A DNA stretch of 64,000 nt from an uncultured Elstera sp. (GTDB lineage: Bacteria > Pseudomonadota > Alphaproteobacteria > Elsterales > Elsteraceae). The first letter of the stretch is position 1. Each line of letters begins with the position of its first letter. Positions 56,645 through 64,000 of this stretch are shown here, piece by piece. The stretch is taken from assembly GCA_964576605.1 (NCBI GenBank), contig CAZNVY010000004.1, forward strand, positions 2,741 through 66,740, given 5' to 3'. Position numbers and translations under genes: made by a program. The notes under the pieces are model-generated. The model worked only from the letters and a program-made list of their open reading frames with translations. It ran no database searches and was not told the origin of the DNA.

Positions 56645-58591
56645 ATGTATACCTCCATCGCGACGGTCTGCGTTTCCGGCACGCTTGCGGAAAAGCTTGA
56701 GGCCATTGCCGCCGCCGGGTTCCGGCATGTGGAGATCTTCGAGAATGATCTGCTGGCCTTTCCCGGCACGCCGCGCGACCTGCGCCGCCTGTGCGACGGT
56801 TTGGGGCTGCAGATTATTACCTGTCAGCCGTTTCGTGATTTCGAGGGGATGCCGCAGGCACGCCGCAGTCGCACCTTCGACCGGGCCGAGCGCAAGTTCG
56901 ATCTGTTGCAAGAACTGGGGGCCGATCTGCTGTTCGTTTGCTCCAGCGTCGCGCCGGATGCGGAAACCGGCCTCGACCGGCTGGCAGCGGATTTTGCTGA
57001 ACTGGGTGACCGGGCGGCAAAGCGCGGGCTGCGCGTTGGCTACGAGGCGCTGGCCTGGGGCCGCTTCATCCATGATTACCGCGATGCGTGGGAGGTGGTG
57101 CGGCGGGCAGCTCACCCGCAGGTTGGCCTGATTCTGGATAGTTTTCATGTGCTGGCGCGCGGGGTGGAAGTGCAGTCGATCCGCACGATCCCCCCAGAAC
57201 GACTATTCATGGTGCAGATTGCCGATGCGCCGCAGCTGTCGATGGATTATCTGGCCTGGAGCCGCCATTGGCGCTGCCTGCCCGGACAGGGGGATCTCGA
57301 TCTTTCGGGTTTTATGGAGGCGCTGGCCGATACCGGCTATACTGGTGTGCTGAGTTTGGAGATTTTCAACGACCGTTTTCGCGCGGGATCGGCCCGGTCG
57401 GTGGCGGTGGATGGGCACCGTTCCCTGCTGTGGCTGTTGGATGAAACGGCGCGCCGTCGGGGGCGCGTCCCCGCCGACCGACCGCTTTTGCCCGCCGCCA
57501 CCGAGGTTTCTGGTGTCGAATTTATCGAATTCGCCGCCGATGCCCCGCGCCGGGAACGGTTCGAGGCACTGTTGCAGGCCTTGGGGTTTGCCTGCGTCGG
57601 GCGGCATCGCTCTAAGGATGTGGCGCTGTGGCAGCAGGGGGCGATCCGGTTCATCGTGAATAGCGATGTGGAAGGGTTTGCTCATTCCTATTACGTTACC
57701 CATGGGGTGTCGGTTTGCGCGCTCGCGCTGAAAGTACCCGATGCGGCCGCGACCCTGGCACGGGCAACGGCGTTGCTCGATGTGCCGCACCGGGGGGCGA
57801 TTGGACCGGGGGAGTTGGATATTCCCGCCATCCGGGGCCTTGGCGGCAGCTTGATCTATTTTGTCGACGAGACCTCTGCCCTGGGGAATTGGGCCGAGGT
57901 GGATTTCATCGCGACGGGGGAGGTGCCCGTTGGTATCGGCCTGTTCGGTGTCGATCATATTGCCCAGACCATGCAGTATGAGGAAATGCTAACCTGGTTG
58001 CTTTTCTACCTTTCGCTATTCGAGGCCCGAAAAACCCCGTCGCAGGCGGTGATGGATCCCGGCGGTGTGGTCCAGAGCCAAGTGATCGAAAGCGGACTTC
58101 AGGCCCCGGACGGTGGGCTGCGGCTGGTGCTCAATGGCTCGCAAAGTGCCCAAACGCTGACGGCACGGTTTGTGCAAGAATTTTTTGGCTCCGGCGTCCA
58201 GCATATCGCCCTCCATACTCCCGATTTGCGGGCGACGCTGACCGGATTGGCGGAAAAAGGGGTGCCGCTTTTGGCGATCCCAGAGAATTACTATGACGAT
58301 CTCGAAGCCCGAACACCCCTGACCGAGACCGAGGTTGCGGCACTAAAGGCGCTGAATATTCTCTACGATACCGATGCGGGCGGGGTGTTTTTACACGCCT
58401 ATACGCAAGTGCTGGACGGCGGTTTCTTCTTCGAGTTTGTCGAGCGCCGGGGTTACCAAGGGTATGGAGCCTCGAATGCGCCCATCCGTCTAGCGGCGCA
58501 AACGCGGGACCTGCTGTTTAAGGTGCCGCGCGATCCAACGGCTGCTTTTGCTGCCGATAGGCTTTCGGCGATAGGCCCGCACGCTGAGTGA
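56645..58591 (+). CDS. 3-dehydroshikimate dehydratase, QuiC1 type (isomerase barrel + HPPD-like domain)
   Basis: SIATVCVSG.L.EKL, YEALAWG, DSFH, LEIFND; HPPD-like half with DHIAQ, GVQHIAL, FFEFVERR. Confidence 0.88.
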   Translation: MYTSIATVCVSGTLAEKLEAIAAAGFRHVEIFENDLLAFPGTPRDLRRLCDGLGLQIITCQPFRDFEGMPQARRSRTFDRAERKFDLLQELGADLLFVCSSVAPDAETGLDRLAADFAELGDRAAKRGLRVGYEALAWGRFIHDYRDAWEVVRRAAHPQVGLILDSFHVLARGVEVQSIRTIPPERLFMVQIADAPQLSMDYLAWSRHWRCLPGQGDLDLSGFMEALADTGYTGVLSLEIFNDRFRAGSARSVAVDGHRSLLWLLDETARRRGRVPADRPLLPAATEVSGVEFIEFAADAPRRERFEALLQALGFACVGRHRSKDVALWQQGAIRFIVNSDVEGFAHSYYVTHGVSVCALALKVPDAAATLARATALLDVPHRGAIGPGELDIPAIRGLGGSLIYFVDETSALGNWAEVDFIATGEVPVGIGLFGVDHIAQTMQYEEMLTWLLFYLSLFEARKTPSQAVMDPGGVVQSQVIESGLQAPDGGLRLVLNGSQSAQTLTARFVQEFFGSGVQHIALHTPDLRATLTGLAEKGVPLLAIPENYYDDLEARTPLTETEVAALKALNILYDTDAGGVFLHAYTQVLDGGFFFEFVERRGYQGYGASNAPIRLAAQTRDLLFKVPRDPTAAFAADRLSAIGPHAE

Positions 58592-59405
58592 AAAACCGCG
58601 AAAAATAAGCGGGATCGGCGAACCCCAGTCGATAACCGATCTCGCTTAGGCTCATACCAGTGTAAAGCAATTGACGTTTTGCCTCCAGCAGCAGCCGGGC
58701 GTGGATCAACCCCTGCGGGGCGGCCCCGGCGGTGCGACGGCATACCAGGGTTAAGCGGCTGGGGGTCACCCCCAGCGCATCGGCATAATCGGCGACGCGC
58801 CAGTGATCGGCGAGATGCCTCTCTAGCAAACGGCGAAAGCGGTATAAAATCAGTCGGTCGCTGGTGGCGGGATGCGCCGCCGCCGCCCCGGTTGGTGTTT
58901 CAGCCCGGACCAAACCCACCAAGATCAGCGTAACCAGGGCGGCCACCGCCGCCCGGCTGGCTGGACCTGGCCACCGCAATTCCTGATCCAGCCCTCGGAA
59001 CAAGGGCAAGAGGGGCGGTCCCTCCGGTAGTTCAATGACATGCGACCCCTCCAAAATGTCGCGAACTTCTGCCGCTGCCCCGGCAAACTGGTCGGCAATG
59101 AACCCGTCCGACAGGGTTAGCACGAAGCCGTCGGCATTGGGGGTGAAGCGAAAGCCATGCACCAGCCCCATCGGCACGATAATCGCCGCCTGCCCGAACC
59201 CCAGGGTTTCGCCATCCAGATAGAGCGTGCCGCCGCCAGCGGTCAGCAGCAGCACGTGGGTTAACCGCGCGTGCCGATGTGGGCGGACGTGCCATTGATG
59301 CAGCGCCGCACGGGCCGGAATGGTTTCGAGATGTAGAAAACCCAAGTCTGGTTCGGTCGGCCCCTCGCCATAGAGGGCGTAAGTTGGGATGCTCTCTTGG
59401 GTCAT
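58518..59405 (-). CDS. pobR: AraC-family activator, PobR type
   Basis: IPTYALYGE, PHRH cupin, EAKRQLLYT...GFADPAYFSRFF; divergent from pobA. Confidence 0.82.
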   Translation of the reverse strand: MTQESIPTYALYGEGPTEPDLGFLHLETIPARAALHQWHVRPHRHARLTHVLLLTAGGGTLYLDGETLGFGQAAIIVPMGLVHGFRFTPNADGFVLTLSDGFIADQFAGAAAEVRDILEGSHVIELPEGPPLLPLFRGLDQELRWPGPASRAAVAALVTLILVGLVRAETPTGAAAAHPATSDRLILYRFRRLLERHLADHWRVADYADALGVTPSRLTLVCRRTAGAAPQGLIHARLLLEAKRQLLYTGMSLSEIGYRLGFADPAYFSRFFTQRAGLSPKAYRQQKQPLDRAAP

Positions 59406-59435
59406 GGGGGAAATCTCCGGCAGCCGCCCTTCTGA

Positions 59436-60731
<1,296 letters not shown>

Positions 60732-60753
60732 CGCCGGTAGAGTTTTTCGTCCC

Positions 60754-60770
60754 GCTAACAAAAACTTATA
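60754..60770. promoter_or_regulatory. Candidate LigR operator, copy B
   Basis: GCTAACAAAAACTTATA, identical to 42709..42725. Confidence 0.65.
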
Positions 60771-60907
60771 TCAATCGACGGGAATCTGACTTGCGGAAAT
60801 GCCGACCATTCCAGACAGTCGGACACAATAAGGCGGGAGCTTCCCCGCCACAACGACCAGCCCCGCAAACGGCGGGGGCGGCAGCGGGTTCCTAGGGAGG
60901 AAAAATT

Positions 60908-62083
60908 ATGGCTCTTTTGCGGAAGGCCCTTGTCGGTCTCGCGCTTTCAGTAACGCTTTCGGCGGGCACGGCATTGGCCGGGACCATCAAGGTTGGCGTT
61001 CTTGCGCCCTTTTCCGGCCAGTTCGGACTGATCGGCAAAAGCTTCAAGGAAGCGATCGAAGTGTATCAGGCCATCCACGGTAAAACCGTGAAGGGCGATA
61101 CCATCGAATTCATCTACAAGGACCTGCCGCAGGTCAATCCGGCGCAAAGCAAGGCTTTGTCGCAGGAATTGATCGTGAAGGAAAAGGTGGCGTTCCTGGC
61201 AGGCTATATGCTGACGCCAAACGCGCTAGCAGTTGCCCCGTTGATCGACGAGGCGAATATTCCGGCGGTTATTTTCAATGCGGCCACATCGGTTATTACC
61301 GAAAAATCGCCGCGCTACGTGCGCACCTCCTTCACCTTATGGCAAGTCACCGCGCCGCTGGCCGATTATATGGCAAAGCAGGGGGTGAAATCGGTGGTGA
61401 CGGCGGTTACCGATTATGGGCCGGGCATTGACGCCGAAGCCGCCTTCAAGACCACCTTTGAAAAATCCGGCGGCAAGCTGGTCGATACGATCCGGATGCC
61501 CCTCAGCACCAATGATTTCGCGCCCTTCATGCAGCGGATCAAAGATTCGGGGGCGGAGGCGCTCTATGCCTTCTTGCCCGTGCCGATTACCCAAACCTTC
61601 GTGAAAGCCTTCAACGAAAACGGCCTGCGGGAAAAGGGCATCAAATTCTTCGGCCCCGGTGATTTGACGCAGGAACCGGATTTGCCGGTTTTGGGCGATA
61701 ATGCTTTGGGGATCGTCACGGCCTTTCACTATAGCCAGGCACATGACTCGGCGTTGAACAAGCAATTTCTGGCCAAGCACAAGGAATTATTCGGCTCTTA
61801 TGACGAAGTGACCTTCACCTCGGTCGGGGCCTATGATGGGGTTCATGCCATTTATAAGATGGTGGAGGCGACCGGCGGTAAAGATGGGCTGAAGGCGGTA
61901 AACGCCATTAAAGGCATGTCGTGGGAAAGCCCGCGCGGTCCGATCACCATCGATCCCGTATCACGGCATGTGACGCAGAATGTTTATTTGCGCGTGACGG
62001 AACGTAAAGACGGGCGGTTACAGAATACCCAATTTGCAACGCTTCCCGCGCAACCCGATCACGGTTATCCGGGCGCGAAGTAA
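60908..62083 (+). CDS. ABC substrate-binding protein (LivK-like fold, probably aromatic acids)
   Basis: Signal peptide, IKVGVLAPFSG, FNAATS, DYGPG, ESPRGP. Confidence 0.88.
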   Translation: MALLRKALVGLALSVTLSAGTALAGTIKVGVLAPFSGQFGLIGKSFKEAIEVYQAIHGKTVKGDTIEFIYKDLPQVNPAQSKALSQELIVKEKVAFLAGYMLTPNALAVAPLIDEANIPAVIFNAATSVITEKSPRYVRTSFTLWQVTAPLADYMAKQGVKSVVTAVTDYGPGIDAEAAFKTTFEKSGGKLVDTIRMPLSTNDFAPFMQRIKDSGAEALYAFLPVPITQTFVKAFNENGLREKGIKFFGPGDLTQEPDLPVLGDNALGIVTAFHYSQAHDSALNKQFLAKHKELFGSYDEVTFTSVGAYDGVHAIYKMVEATGGKDGLKAVNAIKGMSWESPRGPITIDPVSRHVTQNVYLRVTERKDGRLQNTQFATLPAQPDHGYPGAK

Positions 62084-62150
62084 GCCCCGCTTGGTTCCAC
62101 GCTAGGGGCGGGGCGGCTGCGGCGCAGCCCTCCCGCGCCGGGAGTTCTTC

Positions 62151-63020
62151 ATGGAAACATTGATCGGCATCGCCGTCGATGGGGTCGCCTATGGTACGAT
62201 CCTGTTTATCATCTCCGTTGGCCTGTCGGTGATGCTGGGGTTGATGCGCGTCGTCAATTTGGCCCATGGGGCTTTTGCGATGATCGCGGGCTATGTTGCC
62301 TCTTATGCGGTGCAAAGCCTGGGGCTGCCCTATGGGCTGGCCGTTCTGGCGGCGGTGGCGTTGACGGTGGTGGTAACTCTGCCGCTCGAACGGTTGCTGT
62401 ACCGCCGGATTTACGGGGCTGGCAAGGAACTGCCTCAGGTGCTGATGACCATCGGCATTACCTTCGTGGTGATCGCGGTGGTGAATTACATCTTCGGCCC
62501 GACCGTAAAGCGAATTCCGTTGCCGGAATTTTTAACCGGGGCCGTGTCGCTGGGGGTTAAGACCATTCCGGCGCATCGAGCCTTTGTTATTTTGGTTGGC
62601 GCGGTGGCCGTCATTGGGTTGTGGTGGCTGCTGGAGCGTACGGAATTCGGGGTGCGGCTGCGGGCGACGGTCGATAATCCGGCCATGGCCGAAGCCCTTG
62701 GGATTCGGACCGAGCGTTTGTATCTGGCGGTCTTTGCCCTTTCTACCGCGCTTGCGGCCCTGGGGGGTGTGTTGGGGGCAGAACTGCTGCCGCTCGATCC
62801 GACCTATGCCATTCGCTACATCGTCCTGTTTCTGGCGGTAGTTGCTGTTGGCGGGGCCGGAAGCATTCTGGGATCGGTCACGGCGGCCCTGGCCTTGGGT
62901 ATTCTGGATACTGCCGGACGCTATCTGGTGCCGAATTTTGGGGAGTTTTTCTTCTCGGCGGCGCTGATCCTCATCCTATTCCGCTGGCCGAACGGTTTCT
63001 TCCACAAGAGGGCGGCATGA
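62151..63020 (+). CDS. ABC permease (LivH-like)
   Basis: GLSVMLGLMRVVNLAHG, FGVRLRA..DN..MA.ALGI. Confidence 0.9.
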   Translation: METLIGIAVDGVAYGTILFIISVGLSVMLGLMRVVNLAHGAFAMIAGYVASYAVQSLGLPYGLAVLAAVALTVVVTLPLERLLYRRIYGAGKELPQVLMTIGITFVVIAVVNYIFGPTVKRIPLPEFLTGAVSLGVKTIPAHRAFVILVGAVAVIGLWWLLERTEFGVRLRATVDNPAMAEALGIRTERLYLAVFALSTALAALGGVLGAELLPLDPTYAIRYIVLFLAVVAVGGAGSILGSVTAALALGILDTAGRYLVPNFGEFFFSAALILILFRWPNGFFHKRAA

Positions 63021-64000
63021 GTTTCACCATGAGCTTACTCCACCGTTCGGCCGCCGGGACCGGCCGCCGCGTGACCGATGCGGTCGCGCTTCCGATCCTG
63101 ATCGTCGCCGGGCTATTGGCCTATGTGGTGCTGCCGGAAGATTTGGCGCTGTTAACGCGCATCGCTGCAACCGCGCTCTATATTCTATCGCTCGATCTGG
63201 TGCTGGGGGTTTGTGGAATCGCTACCCTGGGGCACGCGGCCCTCTTCGGGGCGGGGGCCTATGCGGCGGGGATCGCCGCCGTCCATTGGGTGCAAGACCC
63301 GATCCTACTGCTGCTGGTCGGCGGCGTCGGCGGAGCGCTGGTGGCGGCTCTATCGGGGGCGTTGATCCTGCACGCCCATGGGCTGACGCTGCTGATGCTG
63401 ACGATTGCGGTCGCGCAGCTATTGCAGTCTCTGGCGAATAAACTGCGCAGCGTGACCGGCGGTAGCGATGGATTATCGGGGATTGATCCAACGCCGGTTT
63501 TGGGCCTGTTTCGCTTCGATCTTTACGGTAAAACTTCCTATCTCTTCGCCCTGGCCGTGTTGGTCCTCGCCTACATCGTCGCGCGCCGCTTGCTCAATTC
63601 TCCCTTTGGCTTGGCCTGCCGGGGCGTGAAGGAAGATCCCTTGCGCGTTGCCGCCATGGGGGGGACACCGCGCCATTATCTGCTGATGATGTATACGATT
63701 TCCGGAGCATTCGCCGGGATTGCCGGGGCCTTAACCACGGTGACCACGGGGGTTGTCGGGCTGGATAGTCTTAGTTTCACCTGGTCGGCGGAAGCGGTGG
63801 TCATGCTGGTGCTGGGCGGCATGGGGCGGCTCTATGGCGCGATTATCGGCACGCTGGCCTTTATGGGCATTCACCATATCCTGGCGGCGACGGATCCATT
63901 CCATTGGATGCTGTTTATCGGCCTCTTCCTGATCGGCGTTGTACTGTTTGCCCCAGGGGGCTTGACCGATCTCACCAGTAAATGCGCCAAACTGCTGACC
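63017..64000 (+). CDS. ABC permease (LivM-like), truncated by window edge
   Basis: ATG at 63017, read as open to the window end; SLDLVLG..GIATLGHAALFG.GAY, TGGSDGLSG, SPFG. Confidence 0.85.
   Translation, partial: MSFTMSLLHRSAAGTGRRVTDAVALPILIVAGLLAYVVLPEDLALLTRIAATALYILSLDLVLGVCGIATLGHAALFGAGAYAAGIAAVHWVQDPILLLLVGGVGGALVAALSGALILHAHGLTLLMLTIAVAQLLQSLANKLRSVTGGSDGLSGIDPTPVLGLFRFDLYGKTSYLFALAVLVLAYIVARRLLNSPFGLACRGVKEDPLRVAAMGGTPRHYLLMMYTISGAFAGIAGALTTVTTGVVGLDSLSFTWSAEAVVMLVLGGMGRLYGAIIGTLAFMGIHHILAATDPFHWMLFIGLFLIGVVLFAPGGLTDLTSKCAKLLT

Overview
GC-rich alphaproteobacterial chromosome segment; gene order and protein types suggest Rhodospirillales (inference). 1-15.5 kb is mostly core: tyrS 3' end, tRNA-Pro(CGG), ispB, a tRNA methyltransferase, a MATE pump, glyQS, ppdK, a PleC/DivJ-like kinase and tRNA-Leu(TAA). 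It is interrupted by a small accessory block: an exported EndoU-type RNase, a probable cytoplasmic inhibitor, a TPR protein and an acidic hypothetical. 16.3-36.6 kb is an iron island with a petrobactin-type NIS siderophore cluster (asbA, asbB, asbC, an asbD-asbE fusion, asbF), a FatBCDE-type importer and an ABC half-transporter. It also has two paralogous TonB receptor + DUF2218 modules, one beside a divergent FecI/FecR pair and one beside an AraC gene, two Fur-like boxes and a duplicated 31-bp ECF-type promoter. 36.6-41.5 kb is a non-phosphorylative sugar-acid operon. 41.5-64 kb is an aromatic supercluster: protocatechuate 4,5-cleavage (ligR,K,U,J,I,A,B,C), an Xre-RES toxin-antitoxin, a TRAP + quinate/shikimate operon, pobR-pobA, and an ABC importer that shares an identical 17-bp site with the lig promoter region. 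Three routes to 3,4-dihydroxybenzoate, its use in a siderophore and its degradation all lie within about 45 kb. No integrase, IS or CRISPR was seen. All family calls come from motif recognition, not database searches.
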